This document shows positions 13,436 through 33,910 of a stretch of 64,000 bases of DNA, piece after piece. The notes under the pieces were generated by a model. It was not told where the DNA came from and ran no database searches. It saw nothing but the letters and a program-made list of their open reading frames with translations. The stretch comes from the human T2T-CHM13v2.0 reference genome, Homo sapiens, in NCBI RefSeq assembly GCF_009914755.1, contig NC_060947.1; one strand, written 5' to 3'. Each line of letters opens with the position of its first letter. Position 1 is the stretch's first letter. The position numbers and the translations under genes were made by a program.

Positions 13436-13870
13436 CGATTGGTTAAGTTTATGTGTCAACTTGGCTAGGTCATAGTATATACAAATATTCAATCAAACAT
13501 GTCTGGATGTTACTGTGAAGCTGTTTTTTTAGATGAGATTCACATTTAAATTAGCAGACTTTGAGTAATGCAGATTACCATCCAAAATGTGTCATAACGT
13601 GTATGGGCTTAATCCAATCAGATGAAGGCTTTAAGGTAGACTGACCTCCCCCAAAGAAGAGGGAATTCTGTCAGCAGGCTGCCTTCAGATTTAAAACTGC
13701 AACATCAGTTGTTTCTTAGGACTCCAGTCTACTGATCTACCCTGCAGATTTTAGACTTGACAGCCTCCACAATCAAATGAGCCAATTTCTTAAAATAAAC
13801 CTTTATTTCTCTCTCTTTACATATGTACATCCTATTGTTTCTGTTTCTCTGTAGAACCCTGATTAATACA
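13436..13870 (+). mobile_element. MLT2-family (ERVL) solo LTR
   Basis: 'ggttaagtttatgtgtcaacttggctagg' near the start, 'gactttgagtaatgcagattacc', end 'ctgtttctctgtagaaccctgattaataca'. Confidence 0.85.
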
Positions 13871-14434
13871 GATAATAAGGTTAAATAATTTTATGTGTTT
13901 ATTTTCCATCTCTGCTTCCTCTTCAATGAGATATCTGATTATGTTTTTTGCCCATTACATAATTGGATAGTTTATTTTTATAATACTGAATTTTGGGAAT
14001 CCTTTATATATTCTATTGACGTGACCTTTGCTGGATACGTAGTTTGCAAATATTTTCTCCTTGACATTTTATATTTTTCACAGGTTTTTATGCAGAACAA
14101 AATTTTTTAATTTGGTGAGGTTCAAAATATCAATTTTTCCTCTCATAAGTTGTACTTATAATGTCAACTCTAAGAACTCTTCACATATTTCTAAGTGCCC
14201 AAAATGTTCTACTATGTTTTTTCCTAAAGGTTTTATAGCTTCATGTTTTACATTTAAGTTTCAGATCTATTCTGAGTTAATTTTTATATAAGGTATAAGG
14301 TTTATGTTGAGTTTTTTGTTTGTTTATGTGGGTTTTTTTTTTGTTTTTTGGTTTTTTTTTTTTTTTGGCTATGACTGTTCCATTGCTCTAGCTCTGTTCG
14401 TCAAAAATTTCCTCCATAAAATTGCTTTTATAAC

Positions 14435-14553
14435 TTTGTCAAAAATACCTTTGTCTCACCTCTGTGAGATTATTTCTGGGTCCTCTAGTCTCTGTATCCA
14501 TTTGTCAAAAATACCTTTATCTCACTTGTGTGACTATTTTCGGGTCGTCTAGT
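14435..14553. repeat. Degenerate 66-bp-period tandem duplication within L1MC
   Basis: 'tttgtcaaaaataccttt..tctagt' at 14435 and again at 14501 (LSKIPLSHLC twice in ORF 14304). Confidence 0.9.
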
Positions 14554-14671
14554 TGGCTCCAGCGATCTGTATGTCTACCCCTCCACCAATATTACCCTGT
14601 CTGGACTGCTGCAACTGTATAATAGGCTTTAACAGACAGTAGAGTGATTCCTAACACTTTATTCTTTTTCA

Positions 14672-19729
<5,058 letters not shown>

Positions 19730-19744
19730 TTCAAGATTGTTTTA

Positions 19745-20156
19745 AAACATTGGCTTTTATTTTTACTCACAGGAAGGCCATGCTCTCCATCTTAGTTCTA
19801 GGTCTGTCCTTATACTTTTTTTAGTTCCTGTACCACACAACTGAGATCTCAGAAGAAAGATGCTAATTTCCATTGCTGTCCAGAGATTACTCACTGAGAG
19901 TCAGGAATGTGTTAGCACTGGAGTCAGATGCCCATACCTACTAGCTTCAAGGCCACCACTAACTAGTCCCTATAGCCATGGGCAAATTACTTAATGACTC
20001 TGTTAGTCAGTTTCCTTGTTTATGAGATCGGACTACTAATAGTATCTATCCCATAGGGTTGTGAGGAATCCTGGGTAGTGGAATTATAGGTATTTCTTCC
20101 TTCCATTATAGGTTGATAATCTCCTGATTTTTAAATAATAAACATGGATATAAAAT
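19745..20156. other. ~410-bp foreign insert (unique DNA plus MIR at ~19918-20070) within L1MC, flanked by 10-bp direct repeats
   Basis: 'gattgtttta' at 19735-19744 and 20157-20166; host L1 antisense ORF2 resumes in register afterwards. Confidence 0.7.
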
Positions 20157-21330
20157 GATTGTTTTAGCTACTCCAGGGCTAATGCCTTTTCATATAATTT
20201 TAGAATAAGATCGTTTATATCTACAAAAGAATTTTCTGGGATTTTGATATAATTGCATTAAACCTATAGATCAATTTTTGGAGAATTTACATATTTAGTA
20301 TGTTGAGTGCTCAAATCAATAAGCACATATACCTCCCCATTTATTTAGGTCTTCTTTGATTTCTTTCATCATCATTTTATAATTTTTAACATACAGAGCC
20401 TGTGCATGTTTTGTTAGATTTATACTTAAATATTTCATTGTCTTTGGAGTGAAAGTAAATTATATTGTGCTTTTTATTTCAGTTTCCACGTGTTCATTGT
20501 TAGTATATAAATGTGATTGATTTTTGTGTGTCAATGGTGTATCCTGTGATCTTACTGAATTCTCTTATTAGTTCTGGAAGTTTGTTGTATATCCATTGAG
20601 ATTTTCTACTTGAATAATCATATCTTTTGCAAATAGAGACAATTATATTTCTTCCTTTCCAGTCTGTATGCCTTTTATTTCTTTTTCTTGCCTTAGTTCA
20701 CTGGCTGTGTCAAATAGTAGTTTTTTCCTGATCTCAAAGGGAAAGCATTGTCTTTCGCCATTATGTAGGTGTTATCTGTAGGATTTTTGCAGATGCTCTT
20801 TATGAGATAGAAGAAGTTTCCTAGTGAAACAAACTTGAGAAAAAAAGAGGAAAACATACAAAACACAGTGTAACAAAATGGACTGTACATGCTCAAAACC
20901 ATTAAAGCCTTGCAAAAAGTTACTATAAAATCTTTCCTCTGATTTTATCCCATCCTAACTACTATATTTGTGTGTGCACACGTGTGTGTGTATGTGTGTA
21001 CCTATCATCTATCTATCCCCATAACTGCACTCATCTATATATTTTAATTAGTAATAGATTCCTTAGTATCAGTATGTAAATAAGTTAAAAATGCAACTTT
21101 GTAAAACAAACAAAAGATTGAAACCAAAAAAGATGTTTTCTTCTAGTCCTAGGCCACTGAAAGTTTTTCTTATGACTGAGTATCGGATTTTGTCAAATGT
21201 TTTTTGTTGTCAGCTATGATCAGTTTTTCCTCTTTATCCTGTTAATATAATGGATTACGTTGAATTATTTTCAAATTTTGAGCCATCGTGCATAGCTGGA
21301 ATAAATCCCACTTGTTCATGGTGTAGAATT
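20157..21330 (-). mobile_element. Continuation of the L1MC ORF2 (antisense), interrupted at ~20822-21130
   Basis: Antisense ORF2 motifs 'tgcaaatagagacaatt', 'gatctcaaagggaaagcatt', 'ggaataaatcccacttgttcatgg'. Confidence 0.8.
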
Positions 21331-22529
21331 CTTACACACACATGCACACGCACACACACTCAAATTAATGGTTTTATTTTTATTTTTAACATTAGCAGAG
21401 GAGCTCAAAACAGACTGATGTTCATAGATATAGTTTAAATGTAACAAAAGAGTTGAACTATGCACGTTGAGGAGAAGAAAGGGATTTTTATTATCAACCT
21501 TTTCCTAGTTTGCAGTTTTTAAATAGTAGAAACTAAACATGCATTATTTTTTTAAATCTTAATTTAGGATGAAGTAATACAACTGTGATCAGCCACTTAA
21601 GTTGCCTTTGTGGACAAAATTTAAATAAAATTTGAACTGGGTGTTACCATACTTATTAGTGGACTGGCTACATAATCACCTTGGCTTCTTAAGTCTGAGA
21701 ATCATTAGAACACAACAAAAGAGCATTTCCATGAAGCCCAGAGAAAACTTGATAGCAATGATATACAATCAGAAGGCAGCTCTATTATACATCACAATGA
21801 TGAGTGTTGATGTCCATTCCCTTTCTGACTAAAATTATTACTTTCACTCAAACTAGCTGGAAGTGAACCAAACAGTTAAAAATTCAGAATGAAGAATAAA
21901 ATTATTTTCTCTTCACATAGAGAAGGGACACTCTTTTGGCCCCATTTACAGTAAATTCTGTGCTGAGTTCTCACTCCTTTAGAAGGGTAAACTGAAAGTC
22001 AGTTATTGCTAGCAAAACTAAAAGTGGATCCTTTTCCTTCTTGAAGATGTTTCACATGAAAAAGCTGTTGGTTTGGCTTGAAGCTCTCTGGGAAAGAAGG
22101 GGTGCAGAGGTGGAGACAGGTTGGCATTGCAAGACCTCTTCGTATGAGACACCTTGCCCTGTGCTGTCAGGGAGAGCTTGGGCCACCTTGTTGTCTCTGA
22201 GAGAACCTGAGGTACCCACACACCCGCGGAGTGGAGCAGAGGTTTTTATCTGGGCTCCTTGAGGAGGATAAGCCATTGTGTTTTGCCAGCGAAAAACTAT
22301 GGAGCAGTCAAAAGCCCAAAAAATTCAAAACCCAATTTTCCAGAGAAGCAGCTTCTAAAATAAATGCCAGTTGGTGAGGATAGATGAGAAGGCCAAGTCA
22401 GGGCCAAGTCAAATGGGCCAGATTCTTTGAAATATGGGATAACAGTGACTTGGGCAAAATCATGGAAGTGGGCAGCTGATAAAGCCACTATTACCACCAC
22501 CCACTATCTCCCAGTATCTATGCATGGAC

Positions 22530-22680
22530 AGACTTTGTTTCTCCAATTGTAAAATGGGAATAATACAGGCACCTACTTCAAAGGGTTGTGAGGGTTACAT
22601 GAGGTGATATATATATATAAAATATTTATCCAAGTGGTCTGCACATACTATGTGCTCAAAATATGGTAGCTACTGTTAAT
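22530..22680 (+). mobile_element. MIR fragment
   Basis: 'gtaaaatgggaataatacaggcacctacttcaaagggttgtgagggttacatgag..gtgctcaaaatatggtagct'. Confidence 0.75.
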
Positions 22681-22814
22681 ATTTCATAATTATTAGGCAC
22701 TGTCATTCAGAATAATTGCATAAGATGGCTCATTTAGGTAGAATGTATATTTTTTAGTTATCAGTTCTGTAAATCTCTCTTCCAGAGGCAGGCTATAAAA
22801 GTTGTGGGTCTCTA

Positions 22815-23091
22815 ACTCCAGCACTTTGGGAGGCTGAGGTGGGTGGATCTTGAGAATTGAGACCATCCTGGCCAACATGGTGAAACCCCATCTCTACTAA
22901 AAATACCAAAAAATTTAGCTGGGCATGGTGGTGCATGCCTGTAATCCCAGCTACTCAGGAGGCTGAGGCAGGAAAATCACTTTAACCAAGGAGCCAGAGG
23001 TTGCAGTGAGCCTAGATTGCGCCATTGCACTCCAGCCTGGGCAACAAGAGCAAAACTCTGTCTCAAAAAAAAAAAAAAAAAAAAAAAAAAA
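22815..23091 (+). mobile_element. AluS, slightly 5'-truncated, long pure poly(A)
   Basis: Dimeric Alu sequence with A tail at ~23065-23091. Confidence 0.95.
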
Positions 23092-24863
23092 GGTGTGGAA
23101 GAGCTGTAGTGTTTGCTAATGTGACCTTTGTATGTAATTTTTAACCAGCAGGTGAGACCTTTTTCTGAGGGAAAATACTGCTCAATTCTTTCCAGTCTGG
23201 ATAGTCTAGTATACATGTGTGGTTTTCACTTGATTTTTGGTTTGTTTTAACCGAATTGAGATATGGGGAAACTTTAGGGGCAGAAACATATTCTATATAC
23301 CACCATTGGAGATGTTTTTTCTCATGGAAATCAAGGTAAGGAAGGCAAGTGAGGGATAAGATAGACATAAGAAATGGGAGAATTAACATTGCTATTAGAT
23401 TTATTAAGTCAATTAATCCTCACAACAGCCCTTTGAGATAGATACTACTATTAACCCGAATTTGTGGATGAGGTTCAGAGGAATTAAGTAACTTAACCAG
23501 AGTCACAAAGTTATGAAATGACCTGCCCAAGCCAGGACTTGAGTTCAGGACTCTGCCCCTAAAATCTACACTGTTTGTTGTATATTATCCTATCTCCCCA
23601 TGGGGAAATTTTCTTTGTCTACCAGCTTTCCTTCCTATTACTTACTTTTTCTTTACCTTCTGCAAATTCTTCCTCAAAGTTAGCAGAGAGAAGAGAAAAA
23701 AAGATAACAATTTTAAAATTGAGAAAAACTCTGGAAAAGCATAAAAGCTTAGAAGATACTAAGAAACGATTGTAGGGACTTCAAGATTGACATCAGTGTT
23801 GATAGAATTTGGGGTTGGGCAAAGAGGAAAAATACATTATCAGTACCAATTATCAGTGAGCTGGGGATGGGATTCGCCTGCAATCTAATTCATTTCTGCA
23901 CTCAACAGATATTTCCTGAATACCTACTGTGTGCTTGACTCTCTTCTAAGCATTGGTCATCTAGTGGAGAATGCAACAGAGAACATCCACATGAGTGGAG
24001 CTTCCACTCCAGTGGGTACAATACATAATAAGCAAATAAAAAAATGGCATGAAGCATTAATTACTAACAAGAAAAGGTAAAGTAGTATAAGAGTACAGGG
24101 TGATGGAGTGGGTTCTGGTTTAACTACAGTGGTCAGAAGAAATGTCTCTAAGACATAATATCTAAGTAGAAATTATATGTTGGCAACCAAGGCCACTACT
24201 ACATAGTGACTGGCAGGTGCCTAGAGCCTTCAGGGGAGATCTGAAAGTGGAAGTTCATTAAGGGAGCCCAATCAAAGCTTCAAAGCTGAAGGGGGGAAGA
24301 GTTGCTGAACTGAGGCAGAGGAGTAATTATAAAAGATGTTTGGTAACAGGGGCAGAGATGTAGTTCTGACCCCACCCACAGCAAGTGACCAGAAATTCAT
24401 AAGTGATCTCAGAAAGGGATGCAGGTTTTCTTCTTCAAGAGGCTGGAGGAAAATGAGGTGAGTTTAACTTTAAAAGTGTAGATCATAAAAAATGACAGAT
24501 ATTACAGATATGATTTTTTCCATTTTTTCCAAACAAAGGTAAACAGAGGCCAAACCTATTCCAGTCCTGTGATAAATAGTGCAAGTGAAAACAAAATGAT
24601 TGTAGACCATATTCAGTTGACTAGAGTTTTCAGCATTTTTTTTCCTGAATGCCTTTGAGGAAAACAGAGAAATGCCAAGTACCCAAGGGATCTGGGAGAA
24701 GTGGACCACATACACATTTTTGTCATCGTTGATGATAGCGGTGGAGGTGGAGAGCATTGACACTGATAATGTTGCTGAAGTGCTTGTCACTCTAGCATCA
24801 GGAAAAATGCAACAATGACTATTTCTAAATCCTACTGTTACAAAGACCAATCACTATTAATAA

Positions 24864-25201
<338 letters not shown>

Positions 25202-25804
25202 TAGTGGCCTTGTCAGATAAACCCAAATAAGAAGGGATAGTCAAGGACAGTTTAGCTGCCCTAAGATTGTAAAATGCTGTTGAGACAATCAGGCATGGAT
25301 AAACAGAGAACTGTACAAAAACAAGTTTTATGAGATCTATAATCACACTAATTCTCCAAAAGAGTAAGGTATTAAAAAGTAGAAATCATTGAGGAATGCA
25401 GAGAGATGGGAGGTATGCACGAATAAAAGAGCTGGCTACACAGTCTGGTAGAGAAAGCCCAAACTTGAGTTCTGGATCCCTTTTAGTGCACCATCCTAGT
25501 GTATCTTCAAGGTTCTTTCATGACAGAGAAAGTGGCCTTTCAGGATGTTTGGTGGCCATATATTTGGCATAATATCTCCCAGTATCCTCCCACCTGTGAG
25601 ATGCACAAATACTCAGGCAGGGTGTTAGTATCCTCAGTTCTCAAAGGTGATTTCTAGAAAATCCATTTCATCAAGGTTAGAAAAATGATTCTACCACATT
25701 TCACGCCTCCTATCGCCACTGTAATTCAATAATTAATAACTTTGTTTTTCTCAGATCTGGGATGTGATATGAGGTCTGTAATTACTGTCTATAATGTGGC
25801 TTAG

Positions 25805-26091
<287 letters not shown>

Positions 26092-26849
26092 TGTTTGGTT
26101 ACACAATGTATTCAATTAAAGAAAATGATTACAGGCCATGATCCATGACCCAGGTGGAATGGCTTTACTGAAACACCTGTTTGAGTTTCTTTACTAATTT
26201 AATTTACATAAAGTGGACCTGCTAGTGAGTCAACAAATGATGCTTAAAGTGGCAATTCCTCTTTGATTTATAAATCTCTCAGCTTTCTGCCGGTTCCCAA
26301 CTGCAAATGTGAAGATAGAATCATTAAAATAATTGTGTCACCTCTCAGGGTGTTAGTTTGAACTCAATAATGACTTAATCTCTGACCTTTCTGACCACAC
26401 ACAATGCTATTTGTTTTTACTCCATATTTTTGACCTTTAAAATCTAACTAGGGACATTAAACTGCATACATGAAAAGATAATAATTATACCATAAGGAAA
26501 ACAAATACCATCTACATGACTTTCAGCAAACCTCGCAACCTCTCTAGCCAAGTTGGAAAAGTACATACCTATTGAGACTATACATTCTAAACAGCAAGAC
26601 TATGTGGTGGTGTCAGAGACTTAATTCATTGGTGCAGTAATTTATTCATTTATTTATGTATTCAACCAATGTTCCTATTGCACCTATAGCATGCTGGATT
26701 CTTTGCTAGGTTATGGGAGCAAAAAGTAAAACTAGATAATACCAAAATTCAGGACATTTACAGTCTAGGAGAGGGAGAGGGCTATGTCAACAAACAAGGA
26801 CGATGAAGGGTCATGGGTGCCACTGCAGAAATTACAGTATGCCCCAATA

Positions 26850-27110
26850 ATAAAAATTATGGCTACTACTTATTGACTGTTTTCTATATGCCAAACATGG
26901 TGTTAGGTGCTAAAGGTAACAATGCCAATGACTAAAACTTATTGTGTGCTATTAAATCTTCACCTCTGAAATAGATTTTATTATTCCCACTTATAGTTGG
27001 AGAAACTGAATCACAGGTTAAATAATTTGCCCTATGTCACCCAGCAAGAAGTGGTGCAGAAATAAATTTGATCCAAATAGTTGGATTCTAGGGTCTACTC
27101 ACTCAACCAT
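26850..27110 (-). mobile_element. MIR (with an L2 relic at ~26640-26830 upstream)
   Basis: 'ttattcccacttatagttggagaaactgaatcacaggttaaataatttgccc..gtcaccca'. Confidence 0.65.
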
Positions 27111-27214
27111 GAGAATGTTTATCCCCCAAAGAGAGACCTGGCACTTAAATGTTTAAGTCTTTGCTAAAGAGGCATATACAGTCAAATAAGGTAAATGACA
27201 ACCTGGTAAGGAGA

Positions 27215-27825
27215 ATTCTAAACGCATCCTCTGAAGATTCCCATCGCGCAGTTATTCAATTAAATGCTAACCTAGATTCTGCTGTGTAGGTATATGTAAT
27301 TAAGGTTACTAATCAGCTGATCTTAAAATAGAAAGATTATCCTGGACTATTTAGGTTGTCATAATGGGTCCTTAAAAGCAGAAAAGGAAGCCAGACAGTT
27401 TATCAGAAATATTTGGAAAAGAGAGGCAGGAGAGACAAGGCAGAAGGGGAGTTCGGATAGATGTGAATGGAGAAGGACTCAATTTGCTGTTTCTGGCTTT
27501 GAAGATGAAAAAAAATGTGGGCAACCTCTAGGAGATGAGAACAATGCTCAGCCAACATACAGTAAGAAAATGGGGACTACATAAAATTGAATTAGACCAA
27601 CTTCCTAAATGAGTTTGGAAGAGTATTCTCCTTAAGATTCTACAGATGAGAGCCCAGTCCAGCCAACAGCTTGATTTTGCCCTGTGAGACCTGTAACAGA
27701 GAAAGAAGACAAGCCACAATGTGCCCAAATTTCTGACCTACAGAAACGTTGCAATAATAAATTGTGTTTCTGGAAGATGCTAACATTGTGGCCATTTGTT
27801 ACAGCAGCAATAGAAAACTGATGTG
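27215..27825 (+). mobile_element. MLT1 (MLT1D/E-like) MaLR solo LTR
   Basis: 'gtaattaaggttactaatcagctgatcttaaaatagaaagattatcctgga', end 'tttgttacagcagcaatagaaaactga'. Confidence 0.8.
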
Positions 27826-28199
27826 TATGCTTTGAAGACTAAAGCAAAGACGAAAGGTGCTGCCCATTTAACCCTAAAATTTTGAGAGGAAGCAACAAAA
27901 CATAAAAGATCTCTGGATCTCCAATCTACTACTCTGTAAATTAATGAAGGTAGGATGTAGAGTGACTAGATATTCTAAGTTTCCTTTTAGATTTAAAATC
28001 TCAATTGTGCAATTATATTCAATTTGAAAGCATATGATATATTTATGGCTTTATATTCCTTTACATCATTAAATCAGAATTTTAGAGCAACAGAAATCTT
28101 AGAGTTTATCTAATCTGCTTACAATCTAATTCTTGAATTCTCACAACAGCTCCATTTCCTCATGCATTTATTATTGTATTCATTCAATAAATAGTTATT

Positions 28200-28510
28200 G
28201 GCCAGGCTTGGGGGCTCATGCCTCTAATCCTAGTGCATTGGGAGGCTGAGGTGGGAGGATAATTTTAAGCCAGAAGTTTGAGAACAGCCTGGGCAACATA
28301 GCGAGACCCTATTTCTACAAAAAATAAAAATAAAAATAAATAAAAATTATACAGGCATGATGGTATTGGGATGTGCCTGTAGTCTCAGATACTTGGCTGG
28401 CTGAGGCATGAGAATTGTTTCTGCCCACAAATTTGAGGCTGCAGTGAGCTATGACCATGCTACTGCACTTTAGCCTGAAAAACAGAGCGAGACTCTGTCT
28501 TTAAAAAAAA
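28200..28510 (+). mobile_element. AluJ
   Basis: Diverged Alu with J-type features ('gggaggat..gggcaacatagcgagaccc', 'gaggctgcagtgagctatga'). Confidence 0.9.
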
Positions 28511-28707
28511 TAGATAGGCAGATAAATAATTCTTAAGCTACTAAAATGTGCCAAGTCCTTTGGGTAAATGAATTAGCAGCCAGATAGTGTAGCCCTTGAA
28601 GCCAAAAGCTGTCGTGTTGAAGGAGTCCCAAAGTCATAAAAAATCTCTCTTGTAAAGAAGTCTTGATACAACAAAAGGTGGTATTCAGCTTCCCTCTCCC
28701 TGTATAT

Positions 28708-28900
28708 CAGAAGTTGCACATTCTAATGACTTCAGGGGCCGAACAGATAATTTAAATGAGAAAGGTGGTAACACTATGAAAGGGAATGCTAGAGAAGCTG
28801 ACACAAACTAGAGGGCACAACTCATTCAAAGCAACAGACATTTACCCATCTATAGCCATATGTTTTTATGGAGAAATATGAGCCCAGCATTAGCCAAAGA
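28708..28900 (+). mobile_element. hAT-Charlie MER102-like DNA transposon fragment
   Basis: 'ttctaatgacttcaggggccgaacagataatttaaatgag..atatgagcccagcattagcca' resembles remembered MER102; heavily diverged. Confidence 0.45.
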
Positions 28901-28921
28901 AAGATAACATAGCATGGTTAA

Positions 28922-30265
<1,344 letters not shown>

Positions 30266-32436
30266 GGAGGCAGAGCAAGATGGGATAATAGAAGGCTCCA
30301 GATTTTGGCCCCCACCCTATGCAAGGACACCAAGTTAAGAACTATCTACACAGAAAAAAGCAAACAAACACTTCATAAGAACCCAAAATTAGCTGAGCAG
30401 TCATAGTACCTGGATTTAATTTCATATCACAGAAAGAGACACTGAAGAGATAGAAAAAACAGTTCTCAATCCCAGACACCACTCCCCCATGGCCCCCTGC
30501 CCCACCATCCGCAGCAGTGGCCTGGTGCGGAGAGCATCTCTGGGTATTGGGAGACAACAAACACTGCAATTGTGAGGCATTTAAGTCAGTGCTGGCCTGT
30601 TAGAGCAGAAAGGAAAATTTGACCAAATTCAGCTGATGCTTGCTCATGGAGGGAGCATCTGAACCAGCTCAAGCAACAGGGGAATTGGCAATCCAAATGG
30701 TCTAAACTTGAGTGCCTGAAAACATCACTAATGAGGATTACAGCTTTCTGTGTCTCCAAATAAACTTGGAAGGCAGTCTAGACCATAAGGACTGAAGCTC
30801 TTAGGCAAGTCCTACTGTTGAACTAGGCCCAGAGAGAGTGGACTTGCAGTGGGGGTGGTGCGGGGGGCAGCACACATGACATACTGAGACACCAGCTGGG
30901 GTAGCCAAAAGAGAGCTGGAATCACCCCTTGCTTAACCCCAAGCTGCACAACTCACAGTTCCAAAAGAGGCCTTTCCTTCTGCTTGACGTAAGGAGAGGG
31001 AAGAGTGGGGAGGACTTTGCCTTGCATGTAGGATACCAGTTCAGCCAAAGCAGGATAGGGTACCAGTCAAAGTTGTGAGGCCCCAATTCTGAGCCCTAGC
31101 TCCCAGATGACATTTCTAGACAAACCCAGGGCCAGAAAAGACCCACTGCCTTGAAGAAAAGGACAGACCCAGTCCTGGCAGCATTCATCACTTGCTAACT
31201 GAAGAGCCCTTGGACCCTGAATAACTAGCAGTCATACCCAGGTACTACATCAAGGACCTTGGGTAAGCCACTGAGACTTGCTGGCTTCAAGTGAGACACA
31301 GATCATTACCAGTTGTGGTGGCTATGGGGCAAAATTCCTTCTGTTTGAGGAAAGCAGAGTGAAAAGTAAAGGGGACTTTGTCTTGTACCTTATGTACCAG
31401 CATGGAAACGGGAACAGAGCATCAAGTGGGCTCTTAGGGTCCCCAGTTCTAGGACTTGACTCTTGGATGGCATTTTTGGACCTGTCCTGGGCCTGAGGGG
31501 ATCCCACTGGCCTGAAAGGTGAGTCCCAGGCCAGGCACCATTGGGACTTAAGGGCACATCAGTGGTAGTCTGGAAGTACTGTTAGTGGCCTGGGATGGTG
31601 GTGGCTATGAGGTGAGGCTCCTCTGCCTTTGGAAAAAGGAGGAAAGAGTGGGAAGGCCTGCATCTTGTGGTTTCAGCGCCAGCTCAGCAGCAATAAAACA
31701 GAGCACTAAGATAGACTTCTAAGGTTTCGACTCTAGTCGCTGACTCCCTGGTGGCACCACTGGACCCACGCAGGGCCTGGGGAACCTCACCACCCCAAAG
31801 GGATGAACACAGCCCTGGCTGGCTCTGCTGATTGCAGCGCCCCAGTGCCTTGAGCACACATAGACAGTAGCCAGAAATTGCTTACAGCAGGTTTTGGGTG
31901 AGACCAGCGCTGTGCTGGCTTCAAGTCTGATCCAGTGCAGTCATAGTGGAAGTGGTCACAAGGGTGCTTGTGTCAATCCACTCCCAGCTTTATGTGGCTC
32001 AGAAAAAAGGAGAGAGATTCTGTTTGTTTGGGAGTAAGTAAGCATAGAAAAAAGAGTCTCTGCCTGATAATCCAGATAATTCTCCCGGATCTTATCCAAG
32101 ACCATTAAGGTAGTACTTCTATGAGTCTGCAAAAACCACAGTATTACTGGTCATGGGTTGCCCTCTAAAGCAGATACAGCTTAGATCATAACACCCAAGT
32201 CCTTTCGAATATCTGTAAAGCCTACCCAAGAAGAGCAGCTACAAATAAGCTCAGACAGTGAAGACTATAATAAATAACTAACTCTTCAATGCCTAGAGAC
32301 TGAAGAACATCTATTAGCATCAACACCATACAAAAAAACATGACCTGACAAAATAAACTAAATAAGTCACTGGGGATAAATCCAGGGGAAACAGAGCTAT
32401 GTGAATTTTCAGATAGAGAATTCAAAATAGCTGTGT

Positions 32437-32760
<324 letters not shown>

Positions 32761-33370
32761 TTAAGATAACAAAAAGAAGGAATTCAAAATTCTCTCAGAT
32801 AAATTTAACAAAGAGACTAAAATGATTAAAAAGAATCAAGCAGAAATTCTGGAGCTGAAAACATGCAAATTGGCATACTGAAGAATGCATCAGAGTCCTG
32901 TAATAGCAATATTGATCAAACAGAATAAATAATTAGTGATCTGGAAGATAGGTTATTTGAAAATACATAGAGAAGACAAGAAAAGGAATAAACAATGAAG
33001 CATGCCTATAGGATCTAGAAATTAGCCTCAAAAGTGAAAATCTGTTATTGGCCTTTAAAGAGGAAGTAGAGAAAGAGATAGAAGTAGAAGCTTTATTCAA
33101 AGAAATAATAACCATGAACTTCCCAAACACAGGGTTAGATATCAATATGCGTGTACAAGAAGGTTATAAAACACCAATCAGATTTAACCCAAAAAAGACT
33201 ACCTCAAGGCATTTAATAATCAAACTTGCAAAAGTCAAAAATAAAGAAGGGATCCTAAAAGCAGCAAGATGAAAGAAACAAACAATATACAATGGAACTC
33301 CAATATCTCTGGCAGCAGACTTTTCAGCAGAAACCATACAGGCTAGGAGAGAGTGGCATGTCATATTGAA

Positions 33371-33910
33371 CCATTTGACCCAGCAATCCCATTACTGGGT
33401 ATATACCCAAAGGATTATAAATCATGCTGCTATAAAGACACATGCACACATATGTTTATTGCGGCACTATTCACAATAGCAAAGACTTGGAACCAAGCCA
33501 AATGTCCAATAATGATAGACTGGATTAAGAAAATGTGGCACATATACAGCATGGAATACTATGCAGCCATAAAAAATGATGAGTTCATGTCCTTTGTAGG
33601 GACATAGATGAAGCTGGAAACCATCATTCTCAGCAAACTATTGCAAGGACAAAAAACCAAACACCGCATGTTCTCACTCATAGGTGGGAATTGAATAATG
33701 AGAACACAGGGACACAGGAAGGGGAACATCACACACCGGGGCCTGTTGGGGGTGAGGGAAGGTGGGAGGGATAGCATTAGGTGATATACCTAATGTTAAA
33801 TGATGAGTTGATGGGTGCAGCCCACCAGCATGGCACATGTATACATATGTAACTAACCTGCACGTTGTGCACATGTACCCTAAAACTTAAAGTATACTAA
33901 AAAAAGAAAA
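33371..33910 (+). mobile_element. L1PA4-like 3' fragment (~540 bp) inserted in the host ORF1
   Basis: [29 protein letters not shown]2 C-terminus, L1PA 3' UTR and A-rich tail; host ORF1 resumes at 'gaaagtactgaa'. Confidence 0.92.

Larger units (their letters stand above)
12495..14671 (-). mobile_element. L1MC-type element, 3' part (interrupted by MLT2, then by L1PA3)
   Basis: Antisense L1MC 3' UTR ('tttgaaataattataaattca..ctggcaaccactaatctgttctcc') and antisense ORF2 tail; (TG)n at 12684-12721. Confidence 0.75.

Noticed and set aside
21360-22520. Non-repetitive stretch with several short ORFs as a possible exon or pseudogene
   Set aside because: No recognisable protein similarity, poly(A)/TSD or convincing splice structure; regulatory function cannot be judged from sequence alone.
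24470-24850. 126-aa minus-strand ORF in unique-looking DNA
   Set aside because: Non-ATG start and no recognisable domain.
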